This document shows positions 47,961 to 58,071 of a DNA stretch of 64,000 nt, piece by piece. Position 1 is the stretch's first letter, and each line of letters starts with the position of its first letter. A model generated the notes under the pieces. That model was not told where the DNA came from, made no database searches, and saw only the letters and a program-made list of their open reading frames with translations. The position numbers were made by a program, and so were the translations under genes. Location: the sequence record MF360958.1; one strand, written 5' to 3'.

Positions 47961-48563
47961 ACAAATACACTTACTTTTGAAAATGCAGATGCTGTTGTTC
48001 TCTATAAAAAACACAAAAATGGGAACGAAATTGTCGCTTTTAGTTGGGAAATGATTGAGCATAAAACGAAAACTTATTTTGAATCCAAGGGTGTTCGTTT
48101 TTCTTACAAAACCGGTTATCCAATTCGTAATCAGCCTAAACATTATGGATTTCTGTGGAAAAATCCTGCTCCGTTTGAAGATGAAAATAAAGAGTATGAA
48201 TTTAAAAATATTGTTGTTAAGGCTGAACCTTTTAACTTGGCTAATCTTGAATTTAAGACAGTTATTGATGAAAAAGTTGAAATTAATATTCCTGATGATG
48301 GAAAAAGTGTTGAAGAAATGCTTGATGACATTCGGGAGCAGTTTGAATTTAATAATATTCCCATGGATGCTCGTATTGTTGGAGTTAATGGGCATGAAGT
48401 TCGTGTCTCCTATGAACGAATAGAAATGCTTGAAGAGTATACTTATCGGCATTATACGCAACATGCTATTGAGTACAAAAAACAATATCAAGAACGTCAA
48501 AATATTCAAGAAAGGCGAGAAAAACTTCTTGAAGAACTTGAAGAACTTGAAAAACATCAATAG
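47958..48563 (+). CDS. early hypothetical protein
   Basis: Start at ATG 47958 after the repeated leader; coiled-coil-like C-terminus. Confidence 0.8.
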   Translation: MTNTLTFENADAVVLYKKHKNGNEIVAFSWEMIEHKTKTYFESKGVRFSYKTGYPIRNQPKHYGFLWKNPAPFEDENKEYEFKNIVVKAEPFNLANLEFKTVIDEKVEINIPDDGKSVEEMLDDIREQFEFNNIPMDARIVGVNGHEVRVSYERIEMLEEYTYRHYTQHAIEYKKQYQERQNIQERREKLLEELEELEKHQ

Positions 48564-48596
48564 TCTTAAAATAATATTAGTTAATACAATATTTTA

Positions 48597-48633
48597 AAAA
48601 TTAAAAAGGGGATTAAATCCCCTTTTTAATTTT
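48597..48633 (+). terminator. long-stem intrinsic terminator
   Basis: AAAATTAAAAAGGGGAT-TAA-ATCCCCTTTTTAATTTT. Confidence 0.8.
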
Positions 48634-48710
48634 ATTCAAAAAACTATATAGTTTATTTGTGATTTTCATAAATACGTTACATAATTACAAATGGATAATG
48701 GAGATAAAAC

Positions 48711-48926
48711 ATGAAATTAAGCAATTTACAAAAAGATTTTTCTATTTATGATGCAGAGGGTAACCCCGTAGGACTATTACAGATTAAACAACAAGAAGAT
48801 AATAATGGTGATGCGTGTGATAATGTTAATATTGCTATAGCATTAGCTGGTGATACACCACTACGATTCAATTCTAAAGAAGAATTTGAAGAGTTCGTAG
48901 AGTTAGTTAGAAGCAATTACCAATAA
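48711..48926 (+). CDS. small late protein
   Basis: CATAAATA upstream, GGAG RBS. Confidence 0.75.
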   Translation: MKLSNLQKDFSIYDAEGNPVGLLQIKQQEDNNGDACDNVNIAIALAGDTPLRFNSKEEFEEFVELVRSNYQ

Positions 48927-49064
48927 ATTAATAATGAAAGACTTTATTTTTTAGAATTTAACTATTGATTTAACTGTTAAACCTTGATAAACTGTCAATA
49001 ACTATAATGTTACATACTTTTTATAGTATGTAATGATCTAATTTTAACTATAAAAAGGATAACT

Positions 49065-51359
49065 ATGACAACATCTGAACAATTTCAAACTGAGAATGCT
49101 GAAAGTAAATCAAAACAAAATATTGATAATAACTCTAATAATATTGAAACATTCTATAAACGTTTCGAACCTAAATTTGCCCACCATAATAGTCTTTCCA
49201 CTCATATTAAAAAAGAAAATGTTGCTATTCGTAAAAAAGTAGCTAAACAAAAAATGAATTCTGAAGATTGTTATGATTTAATACGTATATCAGAAGGTAA
49301 TGATTTTGAACTAAACGGGTCAAATACGATATTTTCAACACCAGATGTTACGGAATCTCTTATAGATCGAATAACAAAAAAATCAAATAATTTATTCATG
49401 ACAAAACCACAGAAAGGGTCTTGTATGAGTCCTTTCATGATACAAGGAAGAAAGTCTAGGAAAAATAATCTAACGACAATTACTGGTGAATTCTCGGTAG
49501 ATTTTAATTTTATATTGAATTGTGAAGGCTTTTTTGAATTCATGATCTATTTTTATGATCTTCTATATCATAATCCTGCTGATCAGGAATTGATTGATCT
49601 TTATCATAATTTTGTTGTTAATTCATTGTCTATTACCGATGGTGATAAAAAAAGAACAAGTAGGTATGATAAATCCTGCTCTATTGTGGTATTTCATTTT
49701 TCAGAAATCCTTTATAAAGTTATTAAAAATACAATTGGAAATTATAGTATCCCATCACAAAAATATCCCAAACTGTATAAAATTGATAACAATGAGAATT
49801 TTGATCAATCAATGAAAAATACCAAAGCATTTGATTATAATACAGGTTCGACTAAGTTTGTTGATATGTATGAAGATTTGATTACAAATTCTCTACTGAA
49901 TCAAGGTCAGAGTATAAAATACAATCTAGACTATGAATACAGCGGTTCTAATGATGAAAAAGAGCATTGGAATTATGAACAATTGTTTAATGATGCATCA
50001 TCATTATTTGAAAATCTACTTAAAGAAACCAATTATCGATCTATCATTTCCAAAGGCATGAACCCTTTAAAAGATAAAAATGTTATCGAACGGGTAAAAC
50101 AGACAATTGATACAAATACAGTTTTGACCGTGATATCTCCTACTTATACGTTTATTGATTGGTCTAATGTTAAACAGTTTCATAAGCAATATTATGAGAC
50201 TATTAATGAATTTTTTGCATTTGCGTTGGATGGCGAACTTCGAGAATCTGAAGATGTTGTTAATGAAAACGCTCTTCAATATCTTCGAAGAGCAATACAG
50301 AATGACTTAAATATATCAGGGAATGAATATATTTCATTAGATATACTTGAATTTTATATGAATTTAGTATTCTCTACTAAAGAACTTAATGACAAAGAAA
50401 CATTTTGTTTAAGTCTTATGAAATCTAATTCCGCATTGAGTACACAATCAAGCACTATGCTTTTATCCAGTACAGGGTTTCGAAATAATAAAAATGATAT
50501 TGGTAAGGATTCATTTGAAAATCATATTCCTTCTTATATTATTGATGCGTATACAAAAGATATAAACTGTACTACTGATGAACATTGTCGTCGAATGTAT
50601 ACGTTTTATAATCATGATGCCGTGAATGATAAAAATTATTCAGGTATGTCCTATGCTTTTCTAAGGAAAAATATTTCGAACAGTCTCAAAGTCGATAATC
50701 AATTTATCATAGAGATGAATCCTACTCATAAGCGAAAAATTAACGAATTACGTGAGTATTTTAAGTCGCGTAATATTGATATGAAAATCAATAATAAGAT
50801 AAGCCATACTCAAATTGAACAAGATTATCCATTTATAGTGAATTTTAAGTTTAATAACACTCAGTATAATCCATCAGGAAGTAACATAGGGCTGGATAAG
50901 CTAGAACACTTTTTTATGTTATTATCTAAGTACTACGATAATATTAATTTCAAATTTAACATTGGTGTATTTGATTTAAGAGCTAATTTCAGTAAAATTA
51001 AAAATGGTATTTTATGTAAACTTGAAAGAATTAATGAGAATTTGGAGTTTTTTAAAGAACTTGGTGACATAGCCAATAAAGACTATTTTGATGTTTTTGA
51101 CATTAAAGTATTTAAACCTAAAATCAATCATCATAAATGGGTTTTTAAAAACCATCATAAACTATTTTATAACTTGTTTGAAAGACTATTCGGAGATAAT
51201 AATGGTGGTATTTATGATTTCAGTGTCATGGTAGAAACTGACAGTCGTAAATTTATGAACATGGCTAAATTGGGCGATGTTAAGCCTAACTATATTAAGC
51301 TAAACATTGAAAATCTTGATGAGATATATCAATTAGCCGTTATTGAGAATAAAATTTAA
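49065..51359 (+). CDS. large hypothetical protein
   Basis: 764 aa; C-terminal YDFSVMVETDSRKFMNMAKL. Confidence 0.8.
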   Translation: MTTSEQFQTENAESKSKQNIDNNSNNIETFYKRFEPKFAHHNSLSTHIKKENVAIRKKVAKQKMNSEDCYDLIRISEGNDFELNGSNTIFSTPDVTESLIDRITKKSNNLFMTKPQKGSCMSPFMIQGRKSRKNNLTTITGEFSVDFNFILNCEGFFEFMIYFYDLLYHNPADQELIDLYHNFVVNSLSITDGDKKRTSRYDKSCSIVVFHFSEILYKVIKNTIGNYSIPSQKYPKLYKIDNNENFDQSMKNTKAFDYNTGSTKFVDMYEDLITNSLLNQGQSIKYNLDYEYSGSNDEKEHWNYEQLFNDASSLFENLLKETNYRSIISKGMNPLKDKNVIERVKQTIDTNTVLTVISPTYTFIDWSNVKQFHKQYYETINEFFAFALDGELRESEDVVNENALQYLRRAIQNDLNISGNEYISLDILEFYMNLVFSTKELNDKETFCLSLMKSNSALSTQSSTMLLSSTGFRNNKNDIGKDSFENHIPSYIIDAYTKDINCTTDEHCRRMYTFYNHDAVNDKNYSGMSYAFLRKNISNSLKVDNQFIIEMNPTHKRKINELREYFKSRNIDMKINNKISHTQIEQDYPFIVNFKFNNTQYNPSGSNIGLDKLEHFFMLLSKYYDNINFKFNIGVFDLRANFSKIKNGILCKLERINENLEFFKELGDIANKDYFDVFDIKVFKPKINHHKWVFKNHHKLFYNLFERLFGDNNGGIYDFSVMVETDSRKFMNMAKLGDVKPNYIKLNIENLDEIYQLAVIENKI

Positions 51360-51366
51360 GGATACT

Positions 51367-52096
51367 ATGCAATATAAATCTATTAAACAAAAATACCATT
51401 ATTGTAATAGCAAAAATACTAGAGGTTTAAGAGAAAGGATCTTTAATCATTCTAATAATGTTGATTCTATCAGAAATGTTAAAGATGTAGATTGTTTAGA
51501 ACATGATTTGATTATTGACGATACTCAACTCATACATTTTGAATCAACTTCGTACTCATTAATGAACCTACCGTACTTTAATCAATTCGGTATTGATATG
51601 TACGAATTAATCAATGACAATGATTCCAGAAAAATTTTCAATTACACATTTGATTGTTTAGAAACAAAAAATAGTAACGATTATGAAAACGTTATTAATT
51701 TTATTACTAATAACACGAACTATTCTTATTCTTTAGATTCCACCTCTTTATTTGGATGGTTCCTTATTACTACTAGTTGTCCTTTAAAAGAAAAGTTTAA
51801 GAATGTATTAAATGAAAATTTTGAAACAGTTGAGCAAAATAAAAATGAATCAATTCGGATATTATAAGCCATTCATTCCTAGCTTTAATAAAATGTTTGA
51901 AGAAAATTATGATCTGAATTATTTTATGGATGTATTGGATGACTTAACTATGTACGATTTATCGATCACTGTAAAAATGGATTATCCTCATCGAAAATTT
52001 ATGAACAAACTAAAACTGTTTGAGGCAAAGCCTAAAAAGATAGTAGCCCATATCGAACATCCATTCTGGAAAACTATTGACAATGCGTTAAAATAA
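51367..52096 (+). other. two overlapping ORFs (51367-51867 and 51812-52096), probably one +1-frameshifted gene
   Basis: The joined product aligns by eye with the C-terminal domain of 49065-51359. Confidence 0.5.
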
Positions 52097-52157
52097 TATT
52101 ATAATTTACTCACAATTTTGATAATTGTCTAATAAATCGTTTAGGAGGACTTCAGCT

Positions 52158-52628
52158 ATGTCTACTTATGAAAAATATGATGCCATGCTCAAAGAATTGG
52201 TTGCACCGAGAAAAGAAGATTACAAGCGGTATGATGTTATGAATTTTCGTACCGGAGAATATCTGCATCGTAATCTTTCTGAATCTACCCTCAAAGAAGG
52301 CGGTTATGAAAAACCTACTTTCAAGAGCAATACAAAAGAGCAAGGCGACCTTCTTGTAATTCTTAAAGATGGTTGCGAAGAAAAGTATCAAAAAGATCGT
52401 GATGCTTATTATGATAAGCGTAATCAAATTATGGAAGATTTTAAAAATGAACTTCTTGAAGAAGAAGGATTTACAAGGAATGATATCCGCAAACGGATTG
52501 GCGAGATTGTTTATTCCAAGGCTTGGGAAGATGGCCATTCTAATGGTCTTTCTGAAGTTGAGAATCATTTCAGCGAATATTCTGAAATGGTTGATGAAAT
52601 CCTTCGAATTAAGGATGCTCTTGATTAA
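52158..52628 (+). CDS. hypothetical protein
   Basis: AGGAGG RBS before ATG 52158; AWEDGHSNG motif. Confidence 0.75.
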   Translation: MSTYEKYDAMLKELVAPRKEDYKRYDVMNFRTGEYLHRNLSESTLKEGGYEKPTFKSNTKEQGDLLVILKDGCEEKYQKDRDAYYDKRNQIMEDFKNELLEEEGFTRNDIRKRIGEIVYSKAWEDGHSNGLSEVENHFSEYSEMVDEILRIKDALD

Positions 52629-52761
52629 CAGCTAAACGTTTATAATCTTTTAAAGCAGCCCCTAATTAGGGGCTGCTTTTGTATGCACTTGACAGAATTT
52701 TACTCCTTGATAGTATTAGATTACAATTAAAAAATGTCCTAATAATAAGGAATATAACGTC

Positions 52762-53358
52762 ATGGCAAAGTTAAAATATTTTTATTCTGTGATGAATGCT
52801 GGAAAATCTACTCATCTATTACAAGTAAAACACAATTACGAAACATTTAATTCAAATGTTTTACTGTACAATCACCAAAGTGATAATCGATACGGTTCAG
52901 ATAAAATTAGCTCACGACTTGGAATTGAGCAACCTTGTATTAGTGTAAACCATAGTAGTGATGTATACATTGATATAAAAAAGAAGCATGAATTTCAACA
53001 TCTGGCTTGTGTATTAGTGGATGAAATACAATTTTTCTCATACCAACAGGTTTATCAACTTTCTGATGTAGTGGATTATTTAAACATACCAGTCATAACA
53101 TATGGCATCAAAACAAATGCTTTTGGTGAACTATTTGAAGGATCAAAAGCGATTATTGAATTGGCAGACAATATTGAAGAAATTAAACAACTTTGCTTTT
53201 GTGGCTCAAAAGCAACAATGGTTAGACGTTTTGATACTAATGGAGATATTGTGAAACAAGGTGAAGAAGTTGTTTCAGGCGCTGAAGAAAAGTATATATC
53301 ATTATGTCGTAAACATTTTAAAACATTGGAAAATGTGAATAGTGTTTTAAAACATTAA
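52762..53358 (+). CDS. tdk: thymidine kinase
   Basis: MAKLKYFYSVMNAGKST, VDEIQF, CFCG...YISLCRKH. Confidence 0.95.
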   Translation: MAKLKYFYSVMNAGKSTHLLQVKHNYETFNSNVLLYNHQSDNRYGSDKISSRLGIEQPCISVNHSSDVYIDIKKKHEFQHLACVLVDEIQFFSYQQVYQLSDVVDYLNIPVITYGIKTNAFGELFEGSKAIIELADNIEEIKQLCFCGSKATMVRRFDTNGDIVKQGEEVVSGAEEKYISLCRKHFKTLENVNSVLKH

Positions 53359-53747
53359 TCTGGTTCATTTATAACAATACTGGTGGGATCAATTACTACC
53401 TTTTCAAAAAATTCACCAATAGGTAGTGTTTGTTCTTCACCAGTTTCTTTATGACGCACAGTAATATTTGTTTCGTAGTCCACGCATTTACCAAGTTGAC
53501 GTGCCAACATATTGATTGAGAGACGATAGTTATGATAATTATACAATAGATCTTCTTGATATTTAAATGGTTTAAATAGAACCTTGCCGCGTGTAGGATG
53601 TTGTACATGGCAATAATTCGTTATAAAGTAATAATAGCCATATTCTTTATCATGTGAACATTTTTTAAGTTCTTCAATTTGTTGTTTTGTAAAGCTTTCT
53701 TTTTGGTGAGCCTTTTTTAGTATATTACCTTCAAGAATCTTACTCAT
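53355..53747 (-). CDS. terL: large terminase N-terminal fragment fused to a split-intein N-half
   Basis: T4 gp17-like YFITNYCHVQHPTRG...F.PF.YQ...RQLGK (Walker A), then CVDYETNITV... and a stop; TATAAATA at 53773-53780 (minus). Confidence 0.85.
   Translation of the reverse strand: MSKILEGNILKKAHQKESFTKQQIEELKKCSHDKEYGYYYFITNYCHVQHPTRGKVLFKPFKYQEDLLYNYHNYRLSINMLARQLGKCVDYETNITVRHKETGEEQTLPIGEFFEKVVIDPTSIVINEPD
53358..53486 (-). mobile_element. split intein N-fragment (43 aa)
   Basis: Starts with Cys straight after Walker A GK; CVDYETNITV (block A) ... PIGEFFEK resembles short TerL IntN fragments. Confidence 0.8.
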
Positions 53748-53938
53748 AAGTTAACCTCATATGTTACTGACGTATTTATAAAAATTATTATTGTTGTGTA
53801 TTGACATATATCGTAATATAGATATACTATACTAGTAATATCTATAAATTTATATTCAAAATAATAATCATGTTTATTTTGAATAAATAAACCATTATAA
53901 GAATTATGTGAAAAATATAAAAAACAATTACATATATT

Positions 53939-54376
53939 ATGCAAAGACGTACCGTTTCATTTATTGAACAAATAGTTAATAATTTTCTTGGTTTTATCGT
54001 AAGTTTTTTCATACTTAAATTTATAATTGTACCATTATGGGGATTTCAAGCTAATGTTCATGATGAATTTCTAATAACCGTTTTATTTTTTATTATTAGT
54101 ATTATAAGAGGGTATATATTTAGACGTGTATTTAATAGTATTGAGCATCAAACCTATATAGGTTCTGCTATTGAACAATTCTTTAATGTTGGTTCTGGAT
54201 TTATAATTTATCTTTCGTTATGGTCTTTTGTGATTACTCCAATTTGGAATTTTGAATCAACATTTATCGATGATATTACAATAAATGGTATATATTTTGT
54301 ATTTAATTATGCGAGAGCTTTAATTGTAAGGCGTTTTTTTAATTATTTAACATTTAAAACATATAATTCAACTTAG
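53939..54376 (+). CDS. membrane protein with an internal duplication
   Basis: Two copies of S(F/A)IEQxxNxxxGF...W.F......I..I.F....R..I.RR.FN. Confidence 0.75.
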   Translation: MQRRTVSFIEQIVNNFLGFIVSFFILKFIIVPLWGFQANVHDEFLITVLFFIISIIRGYIFRRVFNSIEHQTYIGSAIEQFFNVGSGFIIYLSLWSFVITPIWNFESTFIDDITINGIYFVFNYARALIVRRFFNYLTFKTYNST

Positions 54377-54384
54377 AGGTAACT

Positions 54385-55740
54385 ATGTCCAACATTAAAC
54401 AATATATTGATAAACTTAATTCTACAACGAAACGTAAAGAAAAAACTCAAATTTTAGAAGATATTAAAAAAGAACCCGAAGACAATGAACTTTTCCTTAA
54501 AACTGCTAAACTTGCCCTTGATCCACGGCATAAATTCAATATTACTGAATTTGACACTTCAAATATTACCCAACACACAGGTGAAATTGATCTTAATGAA
54601 GCTTTAAATGATCTAAATCAGAAATTAGTAATTGAAAAAATTCGAGGTCAGGATGCGCATAATATTGTTATTGAACTTTATCAAAAACTATCCGAAGATG
54701 ATGCTGTTATTTTTCGTAATGTAATTGATCGTACGCTTAAATGTGGTGTATCATCAAAAACTATTAATAGTGTATGGCCTGATCAAATTTATATTCATCC
54801 TCATATGCGTTGTAGTTCATTTAGTAATAAAAATCTTGAAAAAATTAATTTACCTGCAATTTCTCAATTAAAAGAAGATGGACGTTATATTGATATTGTT
54901 TGCGACGATGGTATTAATAGGGTGGATTATCGTTCCAGACAGGGGGAGTATGATAAATGGAATGAACCTCACATTGATGACAAATTGCTTAAATATGCCA
55001 AGGGATTCGTATTAATGGGTGAAGCACTGGTTATGGAAGAAACTGGTGGTGTAATGCCTCGTGAAGCAGGTAATGGTTATTTAAACTCTGATGATGTTGA
55101 TCCAGAGAACATTATATATCGGTTATGGGATTGTGTAGACATAAGTGATTGGTATTCACATGAAACCAAAGTTGAATATGAAGATAGATTAGAAAGATTA
55201 AAAGAAATTGTTAGTAATTTACCATCAAACTTCACTATTGTTGATACTAGAGAAGTCCATTCCAAAGAAGATGTTATTGAACATTTTAGAGAAAATGTAT
55301 CTCAAGGTCTTGAAGGTTCTGTTGTAAAAAATAAAAAAGGTATATGGAAATCGGGGACATCAACTGAACAAGTTAAGATTAAGTTGACTTTTGACATGGA
55401 TCTTCATGTAGTAGATGTATATGAAGGTGAAAAAAGGAAAAAATATGAAAATCAATTAGGAGGTGTTATTGCCCAGTCCAGCGATGGTCAGTTAGTAGCA
55501 CATGTTGCTGGTGGTTTTAGTGAAAAACAACGAAAAGATCTATGGGAAAATACTGATGATATTATTGGAAGTGTTATCACAGTTAAAGCAAATGACGTTA
55601 AAATGACTGAAAACAATAAATATTATACACTTTCTAATCCTATTTTTATTGAAAAGAGAGTTGATAAAACTGATGCTGATGATATTAATCGCGTGTTTGA
55701 ACAAAAGCAACAAAGTATTGAAAGTATTAAATTAATTTAA
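54385..55740 (+). CDS. ATP-dependent DNA ligase (T4 gp30-like)
   Basis: KEDGR, MGEAL, WDCV, EGSVVKN, VKIK and the OB-fold GGFSE motif. Confidence 0.92.
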   Translation: MSNIKQYIDKLNSTTKRKEKTQILEDIKKEPEDNELFLKTAKLALDPRHKFNITEFDTSNITQHTGEIDLNEALNDLNQKLVIEKIRGQDAHNIVIELYQKLSEDDAVIFRNVIDRTLKCGVSSKTINSVWPDQIYIHPHMRCSSFSNKNLEKINLPAISQLKEDGRYIDIVCDDGINRVDYRSRQGEYDKWNEPHIDDKLLKYAKGFVLMGEALVMEETGGVMPREAGNGYLNSDDVDPENIIYRLWDCVDISDWYSHETKVEYEDRLERLKEIVSNLPSNFTIVDTREVHSKEDVIEHFRENVSQGLEGSVVKNKKGIWKSGTSTEQVKIKLTFDMDLHVVDVYEGEKRKKYENQLGGVIAQSSDGQLVAHVAGGFSEKQRKDLWENTDDIIGSVITVKANDVKMTENNKYYTLSNPIFIEKRVDKTDADDINRVFEQKQQSIESIKLI

Positions 55741-55968
55741 AAAATATATTTTATAATCCTCTTAAATAATCTTTTATATTCGAATAAGCTCTGTTGTTTT
55801 TTAACTTCAGAGCTTTTTTATTTTTATTGAATTATGCATAAATAATTATGCAATACTTAGTTTAAATTTTTAAAAACTATGTTTTAGTTGTTTACATAAT
55901 TATGTAAATAATCATGAGATGATTGACAATTGAATATTCAAATATAAAAGATAAGGAGAAAATTAAAT

Positions 55969-57957
55969 ATGTCTACTATTAAAAATTATGGCGTTGCGGG
56001 TGTAGCGTCTGATGTTCAACTTGGTAAGAAAGGCGGTCGTTTTATCTATGATAGCGCCAACGGCGTCTTTAAACTTACCGCACAAGACGGCACTACAGCA
56101 TCCTCAGTACAAATTGCAGATGCTGTAGAACAAAACGAAGCAACCAGCCTTTCACAAGTTGAAAGCTTAATATCTAATATTGATCCATCTAATATTAGTG
56201 GTCTTGGAACTATGTCTGAACAAGATGCAAGCTCTGTAGCAATTACGGGTGGTACTATTAATGGCACAACCATTGGCGGTACTACAGCAGCTGCTGGTAG
56301 TTTCACAACTATTGATGCGAGTACTAGTGTAACTGCTCCTGATGGTACTTTCACAAATGCAGTAAACGTTGATACTATTAATGAAAACACTGCTGATGTC
56401 GGTGTAACTGCTGACGGTGTTCTTTTAAAAGATAGTAATGTAACCGCAGGTACTGTGAATGCTGATACAATCAGCGAAAACACTACTGACAACGGTGTGG
56501 TAGTTGATGGTGTTACTCTAAAAGATGGTGGTATGACCACAACTGGTGATGTAACTATTGGCGGCGACCTAACTGTACAAGGTGAAACTACTGTTCTAGA
56601 TGTTACCAACCTAAGTGTTGAAGATCAACTTATTGAACTAAACAGCGGCTTTACTGGTACTGGTCAAATTTCTGGCGACTCTGGTATTTTTGTAAACCGT
56701 GGGGATAATTCTGATGCTCAACTAGTTTGGGATGACGCAAATCAAGTTTGGCGTTTTGAATTTGCTGATGGTACTCTCGCAGATCTAGAAGCAAACCTCA
56801 CAAGTGTTGTAGGTGCAGAACAGGGTGGTTTCGGAACTGATATCTCAGCATATGGTGCTAATTCCCTTGTGCAAGCAGATGGTTCTGAACTCGCTGTGGG
56901 CTCCGAACATCAAGTACTAACCGTTGGTTCCGGCGGTGATATTAGCTACGAGTATGTTAATGACGTTCGCCGTTCCAGTGATGGAAAACTTGTTGTTGAT
57001 ACTACAAATGCTACTTCTACTGATGCAGAATATCTAGACATGGCAAGCAGCACTGGTTCATTAACTTTATCTGCATTTAATGAAGCTCGCAGTGGTGATG
57101 TAGATCTTGTTCTAGCGGCACAAAATAATGGCGAAGTAATTATTGGTGATCCTAATGATCCTTCTGTACTTTCTGCACAGAGCAACGAAAGTTTAACTGT
57201 TACTGGTGGCGATTCTGATGACAGTGCTGATGCTGGTGATCTAATTCTAAACGGTGGTGACGGTACAAACACTTACGCATCTGGTGATGTTATTCTACAA
57301 GGTGGTACGGGCGGTTCTGCTGAAGGTATTACTGTCATTCGTGATTCCGCTGGAAATGATATCACCCGTTTTGACGCTGGTGTTGCATCTGCAACTGATT
57401 ACAGTGTTATTGAAAATGGTATCGGTGATGTAAGCATTTCTGCTGCCGGTGGTAGTACTGATATCGATATGGTACTTTCACCTAAAGGTGCTGGTGTTGT
57501 TCTTCTACCTGCTTCTTATGACATTAGCTCCGCTGCTGACGAAGCGGTAGCAAACAAGGGCTATGTTGATAGTCAGGTTCAAGAAGTTGCTAATAATGTA
57601 GATCCTAAAGTACTACGTGCAACCTTCACTGCTGATAGCACAGCAACAAGCTTTAATATCGGTACTATGCCTAGTGTTTCTGGTAAAACTTACTATGTTA
57701 AGCGTGTAATGCTCAATGTTACTACTGATTTCTCTGGTAACAGCATCGATCACGTTGTAGTAGGCGACGGTACTAACACTCTAGTTGCTGAACCTGAAGC
57801 TGATATCGTTAGTGGTACATACTTTGTAGACCTAAGCTTTGCAAACGCAACTTCTGGTGGCTCTACAATTTCTGCTACCTTCAACAATGCTTCACAGACT
57901 GCTGTAGCACCTACTGCTGGTGCTGTAACCGCAGTTGTCGAGTACGAAGTACTATAA
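55969..57957 (+). CDS. virion structural protein, tail-fibre-like
   Basis: G/T/S/D-rich beta-repeat protein, late-promoter-like boxes upstream, terminator downstream. Confidence 0.6.
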   Translation: MSTIKNYGVAGVASDVQLGKKGGRFIYDSANGVFKLTAQDGTTASSVQIADAVEQNEATSLSQVESLISNIDPSNISGLGTMSEQDASSVAITGGTINGTTIGGTTAAAGSFTTIDASTSVTAPDGTFTNAVNVDTINENTADVGVTADGVLLKDSNVTAGTVNADTISENTTDNGVVVDGVTLKDGGMTTTGDVTIGGDLTVQGETTVLDVTNLSVEDQLIELNSGFTGTGQISGDSGIFVNRGDNSDAQLVWDDANQVWRFEFADGTLADLEANLTSVVGAEQGGFGTDISAYGANSLVQADGSELAVGSEHQVLTVGSGGDISYEYVNDVRRSSDGKLVVDTTNATSTDAEYLDMASSTGSLTLSAFNEARSGDVDLVLAAQNNGEVIIGDPNDPSVLSAQSNESLTVTGGDSDDSADAGDLILNGGDGTNTYASGDVILQGGTGGSAEGITVIRDSAGNDITRFDAGVASATDYSVIENGIGDVSISAAGGSTDIDMVLSPKGAGVVLLPASYDISSAADEAVANKGYVDSQVQEVANNVDPKVLRATFTADSTATSFNIGTMPSVSGKTYYVKRVMLNVTTDFSGNSIDHVVVGDGTNTLVAEPEADIVSGTYFVDLSFANATSGGSTISATFNNASQTAVAPTAGAVTAVVEYEVL

Positions 57958-57980
57958 ATCATCTTTTAAGATGAAATAAC

Positions 57981-58008
57981 AAAGGGAGCCAATATGGCTC
58001 CTTTTTTT
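57981..58008 (+). terminator. intrinsic terminator
   Basis: AAAGGGAGCC-AATAT-GGCTCCTTTTTTT. Confidence 0.85.
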
Positions 58009-58071
58009 ATGCTTGTTTTAAGAATAAATATACGATACAATAAAGATGTTTATACGCACGGAGTATGAAAA

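Noticed and set aside
47934-48560. 208-aa minus-strand ORF
   Set aside because: Antisense shadow of 47958-48563, F/I-rich as expected from the reverse complement of K/E/N codons
56046-57962. Minus-strand ORFs 56046-56609, 56946-57272 and 57750-57962
   Set aside because: Antisense shadows of the GC-richer structural gene, with no RBS or recognisable motif
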